64,000 bases of DNA from Candidatus Poriferisocius sp. (lineage in GTDB: Bacteria > Actinomycetota > Acidimicrobiia > Acidimicrobiales > Bin134). The stretch is from contig NZ_OZ241965.1 of the NCBI RefSeq assembly GCF_965204015.1, positions 2,423,991-2,487,990 on the forward strand. Reading direction: 5' to 3'. The position numbers and the translations under genes are program-made. Below, one piece after another: positions 45,615 to 54,436 of this stretch. The notes under the pieces are model-generated. The model saw nothing but the letters and a program-made list of their open reading frames with translations. It searched no databases and was not told the DNA's origin. Within the stretch, counting starts at the first letter, position 1. Each line of letters begins with the position of its first letter.

Positions 45615-47264
45615 GTGCTGGTGACCACTATCGAATCGTTGCCCTCGGACGAACTCCACCAGGAGCGAATACTGCAGGACTTTTTTGCTGACGACGAGGG
45701 TTCTTGGACCACCGTCTACCGCGGCGGTGACCTGGCCCTGTTTGCCGGATTCGCGCCACTGCCCTCCGTGCCCGATCTATTGAAGAAATGCGACTGGGAT
45801 ATCCATTTGGCGCGAGGCGGCCCGTCGCTCTGGCGGGATGCGGATGATGAGGTCTACTACGACTGCTCTTTCGGAGACCACGGCGTCAAGCCAATAGCCA
45901 TCATCCAAGACCACCTGGGAGTCCTGCCTGAAATGCTCCCTCAGCTGCTCCAAGAGTTCTGCCTGTATCACAACCTGTGGCACACCGACGGGAGGGTCTA
46001 CAAGAAGCTGCACCGTGACGGGAGCGAGGAAGTCGCATGTGAAGTGAGCGTGGATCTAGTTCGGATACGCACAAAGCTATTGAGGCAGTTTCAAGCGGCG
46101 GTCCAGCTCGTGCTCGTCAGGTACATAGATTCGACTGTTACCACTTCCCAATATTGCGATGACCCCGTGCTGGACCATGAGATCAAGGGCGAAGACCACT
46201 ATCTGCGTCTCTCTATACGCAAGAACAGACGGACTAGTGGCAAGTTCTCCTGGCTGATGGGTAAGAAGCTGATATTGCCTCCGCCGCGGTCCGAGTGTGG
46301 ACAGTGGCCGTTCGACAAGCAGGATGATGAGGATTTTCAGGAGTTCGTCATTGGCGAGACTCCAGAGGGCCATCTCATCAAGAGCACCTGCGACCCTGAT
46401 GCCCTGGACAATTACTTTGACCTCAATCCCGGTGCACCCCAATATCTGACGCCCGTGTACTTCAAGCCAGAGGTTCTTGACCGTTACTACTCCGACCCCA
46501 AGTACGAAGTGCGCGACGGCCTTCTTGCCTGCGGAGGCCTGTGGGGTGTGAGTGTGGACAACAACCATCCCGAACATGTGACGGTGTGGCTGGGCGACCT
46601 CGGGCGCGATCTGCCTGAAAAGGAACGCCACCACTGGCTCACCCACAACATCTTCGTGCCCGATGGGACCCCCAGCGAGACTGCAATCAGACGGCAACTC
46701 CTGGGGCAATGGGCCGAAGCGGACTCCCCGGCCTGGCGGCTACAGGCGGCATACACGAGATTCCGGGACGACTGGGCCATGGATTGGGGCTGGGACTTGT
46801 TCAGGGACCCAGACGACGATGACCCCCAGCTCCTCGCGTGTCTCCGTGTCCCATCCCGAGGAGGGGACACAGAATTTGGCGAACAAATCAAGGCACTTCA
46901 CCGGCTGTTGGTAGAGAGCATCAACACCCCGCAACTGAAATCGGAATTGCCGAAGGGCGAGAAGGACGAAAAATCCATTGCCCTGCTCGAACGGTGGCTC
47001 GCCCACAAGGGCCACCAGCAACTAAAGGAAGTCATCGGCTTGCTGAGAAAGATCAACGACCTCCGCAACGTCAGCGAGCACCGATCTGGGCGCAAGCGCA
47101 CACAGGTCTTTCAGAAGCACCAAATCGCCGACGACAGGCGTGAGGCGATATCCGCCCTCTTCGAAGAGGCAATCTCACTTTTGGATTCCCTCAGGGAGAC
47201 TCAGGCTAGGGCGACCACTGGCCGACAGGTCGCAGGTGCGAGTGACTATCCATTGCCTCCGTAA
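45615..47264 (+). CDS. Hypothetical 549-aa protein with C-terminal HEPN-like RNxxxH motif
   Basis: Long ORF (GTG start) with no housekeeping similarity that I recognise. The helical C-terminus ...LKEVIGLLRKINDLRNVSEHRSG... carries R484-N-x3-H489. It is the first gene of a 4-gene operon. Confidence 0.7.
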   Translation: MLVTTIESLPSDELHQERILQDFFADDEGSWTTVYRGGDLALFAGFAPLPSVPDLLKKCDWDIHLARGGPSLWRDADDEVYYDCSFGDHGVKPIAIIQDHLGVLPEMLPQLLQEFCLYHNLWHTDGRVYKKLHRDGSEEVACEVSVDLVRIRTKLLRQFQAAVQLVLVRYIDSTVTTSQYCDDPVLDHEIKGEDHYLRLSIRKNRRTSGKFSWLMGKKLILPPPRSECGQWPFDKQDDEDFQEFVIGETPEGHLIKSTCDPDALDNYFDLNPGAPQYLTPVYFKPEVLDRYYSDPKYEVRDGLLACGGLWGVSVDNNHPEHVTVWLGDLGRDLPEKERHHWLTHNIFVPDGTPSETAIRRQLLGQWAEADSPAWRLQAAYTRFRDDWAMDWGWDLFRDPDDDDPQLLACLRVPSRGGDTEFGEQIKALHRLLVESINTPQLKSELPKGEKDEKSIALLERWLAHKGHQQLKEVIGLLRKINDLRNVSEHRSGRKRTQVFQKHQIADDRREAISALFEEAISLLDSLRETQARATTGRQVAGASDYPLPP

Positions 47265-47270
47265 CGAATT

Positions 47271-47301
47271 TTGACAGAGAGTGGTAGCATTTACTAGTAA
47301 A
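47271..47301 (+). promoter_or_regulatory. Putative internal promoter with overlapping 12-bp palindrome
   Basis: TTGACA (47271-47276), an 18-nt spacer, then TAGTAA (47295-47300). The perfect palindrome TTTACTAGTAAA (47290-47301) overlaps the -10 element. It sits in the 117-bp gap before the next ORF. Confidence 0.3.
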
Positions 47302-47381
47302 TCCACCGTCCATGAATGACTCTGTGCGAGCATGTCAGCGCATGTGCGCAGTTCGTGCAGCGAAAGGACTCTGCGTTGGCG

Positions 47382-48146
47382 ATGTCTGAGTTGCCGGATT
47401 TTAAGCAACCGCCAGTCATCGAGGTAGCACTCTCAGTTCAGTTCGAAGAATCGCTGGACATCCAGACTGTCGGTGAGGACGCTCTAGCAGCAGCATGGCC
47501 CGGATACGACCTCGAAATGCGTCCAGTCCTGACGACGATGGGCCTGGAACCGGGCGCGTTCGATCGGACAGACGATGAAGCGGGCAACCTTAGGTTGTGG
47601 CTTTCCAATCCCGGCGGCAGTCGCGTGGTTCAGGTACAGCATGATCGGCTCGCGGTTCATTGGACTCAAGACGAATCGGAGGAGGCATATCCTCGGTTTG
47701 CTTCGTTGCGGGAGTTCTTCGTAGAGGCATGGCACAGACTCGACGTTGCTGTCGGCGATCAGTTGGTGCCGGACGTTTGCCAAGTTCTCTATGTGAACCA
47801 CATCGGCGCGGAGAGCGGCTGGCAAAGCGCTGAGGACACGCCCGAGATACTGGCTCCTTGGGGTGGCATCATGAGCGACGACTTTCTTCCCGAACCCGGG
47901 ATCGCTGCCACTTACCTGCACTTCCACATACCTGATCCAGGGGAGTGGCTCGACATCCAAGCAGGCCCCGTCGGAGTCAATGACGAAAGCGTCCTCGCGG
48001 TTTATCTCGCAGCTAGGGGACTTGCGTCATCACCTGATTTGGAAGGCGCTCTCGAATTCATGGACCTCGCCCATGAGTGGATCGTTCGAGGATTTGCTTC
48101 ATTCACCACACCATCAGCACACAAGACTTGGGGGCGAAGACGATGA
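47382..48146 (+). CDS. TIGR04255-like protein of unknown function
   Basis: The ATG at 47382 gives MSELPDFKQPPVIEVALSVQFEE.... From memory, this N-terminal P-P-[LIV]-x-E-[VA]...F motif and the ~255-aa length match the uncharacterised TIGR04255 family. This needs HMM confirmation. Confidence 0.65.
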   Translation: MSELPDFKQPPVIEVALSVQFEESLDIQTVGEDALAAAWPGYDLEMRPVLTTMGLEPGAFDRTDDEAGNLRLWLSNPGGSRVVQVQHDRLAVHWTQDESEEAYPRFASLREFFVEAWHRLDVAVGDQLVPDVCQVLYVNHIGAESGWQSAEDTPEILAPWGGIMSDDFLPEPGIAATYLHFHIPDPGEWLDIQAGPVGVNDESVLAVYLAARGLASSPDLEGALEFMDLAHEWIVRGFASFTTPSAHKTWGRRR

Positions 48147-48715
48147 ATAGCCAAGCAGCAGGTCTCCTAGTCGAAACGCACCCCGTTGACGACTGTGAAA
48201 GCGGGTACTTTCCGTGGGGCCTCGAGACCATTACTGACCCCTTCAGAATTGTGGTCCCTGCGGCATTCAATTTGTGGTTTCCCTTTGCCGTGCGCAGGAG
48301 AAGCCGTAGAGACGCTCTGGTGAGGATTCCGATCCTTTTGGAGCCCATCAGCACTTTGCATGAGGAAATCGAAAAGCTCAAGGAACTTGACGACGGCTGG
48401 TACGACACTGACGGCGAGGCGGGGACGGCACCGCATGAGAAAGCGATCCAAGGAGTTTGGAAGCTCGCGTCAGCTGTCCGATTCTACGGGCTGCCTCAGC
48501 CGCACGTGTTCCCGTGCGTAGATGGCGGAGTCTCTATGGAGTGGTCGCTAGGCGAGGTCGAAGCGTCCATTGAATTCGGCGACTCGTCCGAATACGCAAC
48601 ATTTGCCTCCTGGGATGCGACAACGGACGAACACCGGTATGAGGAAAACGTCCGAGTTGACAGAAAGTACATGAGGGATTGGTTGGGTGGTCTCACAGGC
48701 ACACCAGTGAAGTGA
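48143..48715 (+). CDS. Hypothetical protein (190 aa)
   Basis: The ATG overlaps the upstream stop (ATGA 48143-48146). MNSQAAGLLVETHPVDD......LDDGWYDTDGEAGTAPHEKAIQGVWKLASAV...PCVDGGVSMEWSLGEVEASIEF. I recognise no family. Confidence 0.6.
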   Translation: MNSQAAGLLVETHPVDDCESGYFPWGLETITDPFRIVVPAAFNLWFPFAVRRRSRRDALVRIPILLEPISTLHEEIEKLKELDDGWYDTDGEAGTAPHEKAIQGVWKLASAVRFYGLPQPHVFPCVDGGVSMEWSLGEVEASIEFGDSSEYATFASWDATTDEHRYEENVRVDRKYMRDWLGGLTGTPVK

Positions 48716-49110
48716 GCTGGCCCGAACTGGCGGATGGGGAAGTCCAGATCACGGATCTCGCCGAACAACTGAGGCGTCAGATAAATCCTAGATTCTTGGG
48801 CGAAGATGGGAGGACGATCACGTCCGAGGTCTTCAAGCCTCGAAGCAAGATGGTGTCCACGACTAAGGATTCCATTATTTCTAGGGAGGAGGCTCATTCC
48901 CGCTATCCGAATGAGACCGTTGGTAGCTGTTTCGTCACTGTGTCCGAAATCGAAAGTCTCGGGCTTCGCGCCATAGACGACTCTTGTGCCGATGACGTGC
49001 CGTACGGCCATGCCTATATCGACCTGCGAATCTTCGGCAGAAGTGCAATCGACAAGAAGGCCAAGCAACTCAAGAAGATTGCGATGGAAAACGGGATATG
49101 GCGTCCCTAG
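48712..49110 (+). CDS. Hypothetical protein (132 aa)
   Basis: The GTG overlaps the upstream stop (GTGA 48712-48715). ...LRRQINPRFLGEDGRTITSEVFKPRSK...VGSCFVTVSEIESLGLRAIDD...YGHAYIDL...KKAKQLKKIAMENGIW. I can name no family. The gene ends 30 bp from the tRNA-Tyr 3-prime end. Confidence 0.55.
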   Translation: MSWPELADGEVQITDLAEQLRRQINPRFLGEDGRTITSEVFKPRSKMVSTTKDSIISREEAHSRYPNETVGSCFVTVSEIESLGLRAIDDSCADDVPYGHAYIDLRIFGRSAIDKKAKQLKKIAMENGIWRP

Positions 49111-49140
49111 CGAGGCCCTCTGAATGAAGCTGTTGACTTG

Positions 49141-49223
49141 TGGGCCGGGGAGGATTTGAACCTCCGAAGGCTAATGCCGACGGGTTTACAGCCCGTTCCC
49201 TTTGGCCGCTCGGGCACCGACCC
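49141..49223 (-). tRNA. tRNA-Tyr (GTA), long variable arm
   Basis: 83 nt: GGGTCGG TG CCC GAGCGGCCAAA GGG A ACGGG CTGTAAA CCCGT CGGCATTAGCCTTC GGAGG TTCAAAT CCTCC CCGGCCC A. Confidence 0.92.
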
Positions 49224-49298
49224 AACGGGGCACAACCCTACCGGCCTGTGAAGCGGGGACCCTACTTGTTTCGGGTGTGATTCCAGGACCGACGATGT

Positions 49299-49487
49299 CT
49301 AGCCGCGGCCGAGCCCGGCAACCACGAACCATGTCCGTCGGAGCTTGTCCGATTCGAATCTGCCGAGTTGGGCTTGGCGGCGCAGTTCTTCTAATTCAAC
49401 CCCGGCATCTTGCAGAGTCGCCTCGATCAACACATCAAGCTCCTCGTCGGTGATGTGATACACCTCTGATTCAGGCACAGACGTCAT
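49299..49487 (-). CDS. Small hypothetical protein (62 aa)
   Basis: The ATG is preceded by GAGGGGAG with a ~6-nt spacer. The product is an acidic helical protein with no recognised family. Confidence 0.4.
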   Translation of the reverse strand: MTSVPESEVYHITDEELDVLIEATLQDAGVELEELRRQAQLGRFESDKLRRTWFVVAGLGRG

Positions 49488-49604
49488 GGTCGTCTCCCCT
49501 CGGTGACCCTGTACGGACGTGGTCTCGGAACAGACGACAGTTTCTCAGGTTGTCGCCCCGTGCTGGCATGAATATCTGGGAGAGGGGTGCGGTAGGTTCG
49601 GGGG

Positions 49605-50093
49605 GTGCCTACGTTTGATGTTTCTTCTGAGTTGGACATGCAGGAGGTCCGCAATGCGGTGGACCAGGCCGCGAGGGAAATCCACAGTCGCTATGACTTC
49701 AAGAACACCGGTAGCGAGGTTGCGCTGGGCGACGGGGTAATCACGCTGCGGTCGTCCAACGAGGATCGGCTGGCTGCCGCCCGCCAGGTGCTGGAGGAGA
49801 AGCTGGTGCGCCGCAAGGTCTCGCTCAAGGGGGTGAACTACGGGTCGGTGGAAGACGCAGCCGGCGGGACTGTTCGCCAAGAAGCGGCGCTGGCCGCGGG
49901 CATCTCGGCCGACAAGGCCCGGGAGCTGAACAAGTTCATCAAGAACCTGGGAATGAAGGGCATCTCATCGCAGACCCAGGGCGGTCAGCTGCGGGTGAGC
50001 GGCAAGAAGCGGGACATGCTCCAAGATGTGATCGCCGCCCTCAAAGAAGCCGACTTCGCCATCCCCTTGCAGTTCGGCAACTTCCGAGACTGA
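49605..50093 (+). CDS. yajQ: YajQ-family nucleotide-binding protein (UPF0234)
   Basis: 162 aa, MPTFDVSSELDMQEVRNAVDQAAREIHSRYDFKNT...LQFGNFRD, the textbook YajQ pattern. Confidence 0.9.
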   Translation: MPTFDVSSELDMQEVRNAVDQAAREIHSRYDFKNTGSEVALGDGVITLRSSNEDRLAAARQVLEEKLVRRKVSLKGVNYGSVEDAAGGTVRQEAALAAGISADKARELNKFIKNLGMKGISSQTQGGQLRVSGKKRDMLQDVIAALKEADFAIPLQFGNFRD

Positions 50094-50178
50094 TTTTGCT
50101 CGAATTCGGTGTCGCAGCGTCGCACCTGGGAGCTGATGAGAGGGCCATTATCCGGCCTACCGAAGAGAAAGGGGGAGA

Positions 50179-51318
50179 GTGATGAAGGACATAACCCGGC
50201 ATCCCGCCGTCTGCTGGCTGGGGGCAACGGATTTGGTCGCCGAGGGCGATGGAATCCGGCCTACTCGAGTTCCTCGGGAGTCTGGCTACCAACTGAGCCT
50301 CCCCACGGCCTTCACAGCCGGAATGTGCTCGGGCGTTCGGCTGGCGTTTCGTACCGACGCTGAGGAACTGCGGCTTGTCGTCAATACCATCCGGGTGCAA
50401 GTGGATGGAGCCGATCCCCACCCGGCCTGTTTCGATCTCGTCGTAGAGGGCGAAACTGTCGCAGAGCGAGACTCGGAGGACGGAGTCTTGCTGGTGGTGG
50501 ACAGAAACGACATCAATTCGCTGCGAATGGAAGAGGGCGGGCCGGCCACTTTGGAATTCAAGGATCTGGATCCCGCTATGAAGTCGGTAGAGATATGGCT
50601 TCCCCACACGGCTCAAGTGACGGTGTCACAGATTGCTGTCGACGCCGACAGTGCCGTAGAGCCGCCGCACCGGGGTCCTTCTTGGATCCACTATGGAAGT
50701 TCGATCAGCCATTGCATGGATGCTGACCGGCCGGGAGACGTCTGGCCCGTAGTCGCGGCCCGAAATAGCCGAAAAGGGTTCGAGGTCACGAACCTGGGTT
50801 ACTCCGGTGAATGCCATATAGACCAGTTCGTGGCCCGATACATACGCGACAGCAATCCTGCGCTCATCTCGGCGAAGCTCGGAATCAACACCCTCACCAC
50901 CCTGGTGGAGCGAACTTTCCGCTCTGCGGTGCACGGATTTTTCGACACAGTGAGAGACGGCCACCCCACGACGCCATTGGTTGTGTGCTCGCCGATATTC
51001 TGTCCCGACTTTGAGACCGACCCGCACACCTCTCTCGAAGGCGATGGTCTGTCCGAAACGATGAGTCAGCACTTCAACGCCACTCTTACCGCCACTCGTA
51101 TCCGCAGCATCCTGGAGGAGGTGGTTGCCTCACGCAAAGAGAGGGGAGACGAGCACCTCCACTACTTGCACGGTCTTGAGCTCCTTGGACCTGATGACGC
51201 GTCCGATCTCCCCGACGGCATTCATCCCAACACGGCCGGATACGCGCGGATGGGCCAGCGATTCGCGCGCAAAGTTCTGGGAGAAAACGGCCTTCTTGCC
51301 CAATACCAGTTCAACTAG
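50179..51318 (+). CDS. SGNH/GDSL-type hydrolase with N-terminal beta-rich domain
   Basis: Block I is WIHYGSSISHC (GxS), and block V is LPDGIHPNTAGYARM (DxxH). Confidence 0.75.
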   Translation: MMKDITRHPAVCWLGATDLVAEGDGIRPTRVPRESGYQLSLPTAFTAGMCSGVRLAFRTDAEELRLVVNTIRVQVDGADPHPACFDLVVEGETVAERDSEDGVLLVVDRNDINSLRMEEGGPATLEFKDLDPAMKSVEIWLPHTAQVTVSQIAVDADSAVEPPHRGPSWIHYGSSISHCMDADRPGDVWPVVAARNSRKGFEVTNLGYSGECHIDQFVARYIRDSNPALISAKLGINTLTTLVERTFRSAVHGFFDTVRDGHPTTPLVVCSPIFCPDFETDPHTSLEGDGLSETMSQHFNATLTATRIRSILEEVVASRKERGDEHLHYLHGLELLGPDDASDLPDGIHPNTAGYARMGQRFARKVLGENGLLAQYQFN

Positions 51319-51372
51319 GGGAATTTGGGAGATGAATCGAGGTGGCCTAGACCACTAGGTTGCCCGGGCTGA

Positions 51373-52245
51373 TCAGTAGGCCTGGGGGACCCACTCGCCG
51401 GCGCGGAGGCGGCGGATGCGCTCTTCGGCGGGGGGGTGGGTGCTGAACAGGCTGCGGAAGCTGGCCCGACCGGTGAGGGGGTTGACGATGTAGTGCGACG
51501 CCTGCTCCACCGGCACGTTGACCGGGATGCGCTGGGAGGCGGCGTTCAGCTTTTCTAGCGCCCGGGCTAGAGGCTCCCCGTCGCCGACGAGGCGGGCGGC
51601 GGAGGCGTCGGCCTGATATTCCCGAGTGCGGCTGATGGCCATCTGGAGCAGGCTGGCCGCGATGGGGGCCAAGATGGCGGCCAGCAGCACGCCAACGAGA
51701 TCACCCATGCCCCGATCGCGGCCCCGGCCGCCGAAGAAGATCATGCCCCATACCGCGATGCGGGAGGCGAAAGTGATGGCCATGGCAATGGCGGCGGCCA
51801 CCGAGCCGATAAGGATGTCGCGGTTGCGGATGTGGGCCAGCTCGTGGGCCAACACGCCTCGGATCTCGTCCCAGGTCAGGTGGTTGATGAGCCCCTCGGT
51901 GATGGCCACTGCGGCGTGCTTGGGATTGCGGCCGGTGGCGAAGGCGTTGGGCTGGGGATTGGGGCTCACATACAGCTTGGGCATTGGCATCTGGGCCTTG
52001 GTGGTGAGCTCTTCCATGATGGCGTGATACTGGGGAAGCTGCGCAGAGGTGACCGGCACAGCCCGGGCCGAGGCAATGGCCAGCTTGTCGCTGAACCAGT
52101 ACGACCCGCCCACCACGATGACCGCGAGGACGATCCCGATGGCCAGCCCGCCGCTTCCGCCCAGCAGTCCGCCGACGGCCACGAACAGCGCCGCCATCAG
52201 CACCAGCAGGAGGATTGTCTTGATCGTGTTCATGCCCAGTGCCAC
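51373..52245 (-). CDS. htpX: Zinc metalloprotease HtpX (M48)
   Basis: 290 aa, with N-terminal TM helices and the [10 protein letters not shown] zinc motif. Confidence 0.92.
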   Translation of the reverse strand: MALGMNTIKTILLLVLMAALFVAVGGLLGGSGGLAIGIVLAVIVVGGSYWFSDKLAIASARAVPVTSAQLPQYHAIMEELTTKAQMPMPKLYVSPNPQPNAFATGRNPKHAAVAITEGLINHLTWDEIRGVLAHELAHIRNRDILIGSVAAAIAMAITFASRIAVWGMIFFGGRGRDRGMGDLVGVLLAAILAPIAASLLQMAISRTREYQADASAARLVGDGEPLARALEKLNAASQRIPVNVPVEQASHYIVNPLTGRASFRSLFSTHPPAEERIRRLRAGEWVPQAY

Positions 52246-52301
52246 TCCTTTAGCAACTCCTTGAAGGTTACCGGAGAGCGGCCGATGTGCGACACGCCCA
52301 A

Positions 52302-54386
52302 TCAGGGGTTGTGCCAGGTGACGGCATCGGGCATCAGCACGAGCCCGTAGCTCTGGTCGCCCCAGCAGGTGATGGCCTGGTTGGCATCGATCCCGCAGGA
52401 GAAATTGCCGCCCGCGGTGATGGCGGTGAAAGTTCCTTCGGGTGGGTACAGTTGGCCGAAGCGATTAGTACCGCCCCAGCAGGCGGCGGTGCCGTCAGAC
52501 CTGATTCCGCATGCATGGCTATTGCCAGCATCAAGGGCGGTGAAGAGGCCAACTGGTGGTGTCCCAATTGTGCCCCAGCAGGCGACCGTGCTGTCCGTTC
52601 TCAGGCCACATGTGAACGAGTGGCCCGCCGTGACATCGGTGAAGGAACCACTCGGGGCCGTGGACTCATTGTGCCAATTGTCTCCCCAGCAGGTGACCGT
52701 GCCGTCGGTTTTCAGACCACAAGTGTGGTAGTAACCAGTTGCCACCGCATCGAAAGTGCCACTGGGTGCACTTCGCTGTCCAGAGCTGCTGTCACCCCAG
52801 CAAACAATGGATTTATCGGGTCTAACCCCACAGGCATGGTCACGCCCGGCGGCAACCGAAGCGAAGACTCCGCTCGGAGCAATCGCCTGACCGGCCCAGT
52901 TGTCACCCCAGCACACGGCGGATTGGTCAATTCGGAGGGCGCATCCATGCCCAAGCCCTATAGACACCGAGGTGAATTCTCCGGTGGGTGGATCTTCGCC
53001 GAAGACGCTGGTGTCACCCCAGCAGACGATGGTCCTGTCGGATTTAAGCCCACAGGCATACTTCCGAGTGGATTCGAGAGCGGTAAAACTCCCATCGGGG
53101 ACCGTAGTACGTCTGAATGGGTTGTTGCCCCAGCAATGCACAGCGCCGTCAATTCTCAATCCGCAGGAATGGCGATAGCTGGAGTCGAGTTGGATAAAGC
53201 TGCCTTCTGGGGCATCGACTTGGTTAAACCGATTGTCACCCCAGCAGGTGACCGTGCCAGTGGTTCTGATGCCGCAGAAAAAGTCGCGACCGGCCGATAA
53301 GGCAGTGAATGTGCCCACTGGAGGGCTTGTCGGCCTTCCGTGGAGATTGCTTTCCCAGCAGGCAATAAAGCCATTGGTTCTCAGCCCGCATGTATGGGAT
53401 TCACCCGCAGTGATGGTAGTGAAGGTGCCTGACGGCGGGCTTTGCCTCGAATAGAAGTCTGAACCCCAACAGGCGATGGTCTGGTCGGTTCTGATCCCGC
53501 ACGCGAAATAATCGCCTGCGGTGATGACGGTGAAGGTTCCAGCTGGTGGCTCCTCCAGTTGGTAGAAGTGCTCATTGCCCCAGCATTCAACAGTGCTGTC
53601 GGTTCTGATTCCGCACGCGTGAGTGTTGCCTACTGCGATTTGGGTGAACGATCCATCAGGGATTGGATTGTCATAGTCGGTGATTCCCCAGCAGGCGATG
53701 GTGCCGTCGGTCCTGATTCCGCAGGAATGATTCGTGCCGGTCGTCAAATGAGTGAATGTGCCGTTGGGAGCCCGAGTTTGTTTGCCACCCCAGCATTCGA
53801 TGGTTTGGCGAGTTGTCAACCCACAAGAGAAGAGTCCGTCTGCCGAAACGGTGGTGTATTTCCCTAAAGGTGAGATCGACTCGCCATAGTTGTTGCCACC
53901 CCAGCAGGCGACTGTCTGGTCGGCCCTAATGCCACAGGCGTGTTCGCTGCTGACAGACACCGAGGTGAATGGGTTGTCTGGAGGCGGATCGGGGCAGCCG
54001 CCGGGCACTATGTGGGTGTCTACGTTGAACAGGCAGCGGTAGACGTTGAGCAGGGCTTCTTGGTTGTCGACCAGCCGGTCGCGCACGTTGAGCTCGTGCT
54101 GGGTGGGGGTGCCCTCGAATGGTGTGGGCTGGATTGGGCCTGCGGTGGGGGCACCTTCTGCACAGCCGCCCTTGACGATATGGGTATCGATGTCGAACCG
54201 ACAGCGGTACGCGTTGAGAAGCGATTCCTGAGCGGCGATTAGCTGGTCGCGCAATTCGATGTTCTCTAGGGGAACCTCATTGCTAGCCGCTTCCTGAGCG
54301 CTGGCGACAGCTGTGCCAAGGGGCACCAGTAGCAGGAAAGCTGCAAAGGCGGCGGACAAGACATAGCAACGGCGTGTTGAAGGCAC
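52302..54386 (-). CDS. Secreted RCC1-like repeat (beta-propeller) protein
   Basis: Signal peptide [31 protein letters not shown] duplicated ~45-aa Cys-containing module follows, then about 15 repeats of ...H(A/S)CG(I/L)RTDxT(I/V)xCWG.... Confidence 0.85.
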   Translation of the reverse strand: MPSTRRCYVLSAAFAAFLLLVPLGTAVASAQEAASNEVPLENIELRDQLIAAQESLLNAYRCRFDIDTHIVKGGCAEGAPTAGPIQPTPFEGTPTQHELNVRDRLVDNQEALLNVYRCLFNVDTHIVPGGCPDPPPDNPFTSVSVSSEHACGIRADQTVACWGGNNYGESISPLGKYTTVSADGLFSCGLTTRQTIECWGGKQTRAPNGTFTHLTTGTNHSCGIRTDGTIACWGITDYDNPIPDGSFTQIAVGNTHACGIRTDSTVECWGNEHFYQLEEPPAGTFTVITAGDYFACGIRTDQTIACWGSDFYSRQSPPSGTFTTITAGESHTCGLRTNGFIACWESNLHGRPTSPPVGTFTALSAGRDFFCGIRTTGTVTCWGDNRFNQVDAPEGSFIQLDSSYRHSCGLRIDGAVHCWGNNPFRRTTVPDGSFTALESTRKYACGLKSDRTIVCWGDTSVFGEDPPTGEFTSVSIGLGHGCALRIDQSAVCWGDNWAGQAIAPSGVFASVAAGRDHACGVRPDKSIVCWGDSSSGQRSAPSGTFDAVATGYYHTCGLKTDGTVTCWGDNWHNESTAPSGSFTDVTAGHSFTCGLRTDSTVACWGTIGTPPVGLFTALDAGNSHACGIRSDGTAACWGGTNRFGQLYPPEGTFTAITAGGNFSCGIDANQAITCWGDQSYGLVLMPDAVTWHNP

Positions 54387-54436
54387 GATCGTGGAGTGTA
54401 GATGCTACTGGCACCTTCTGAGCATCGGAGCGTGCC

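Noticed and set aside
46128-46187. PD-(D/E)xK nuclease-like pattern in the 549-aa protein (LVLVRYID172 ... E189-I-K191)
   Set aside because: The spacing and hydrophobic context are compatible. However, D...ExK patterns occur by chance very often and I have no alignment or structural support, so I do not claim it. It is worth checking in a structure prediction.
33959-49140. Integrase, transposase, or flanking att direct repeats for the island
   Set aside because: I read all ORFs on both strands and found no tyrosine or serine recombinase or DDE-like protein. I saw no convincing copy of the tRNA-Tyr 3-prime end at the left edge. The island is therefore reported as immobilised rather than as a mobile element.
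52287-53300. 337-aa plus-strand ORF
   Set aside because: It is antisense to the RCC1-repeat gene, and its own repetitiveness simply mirrors the sense-strand repeats.
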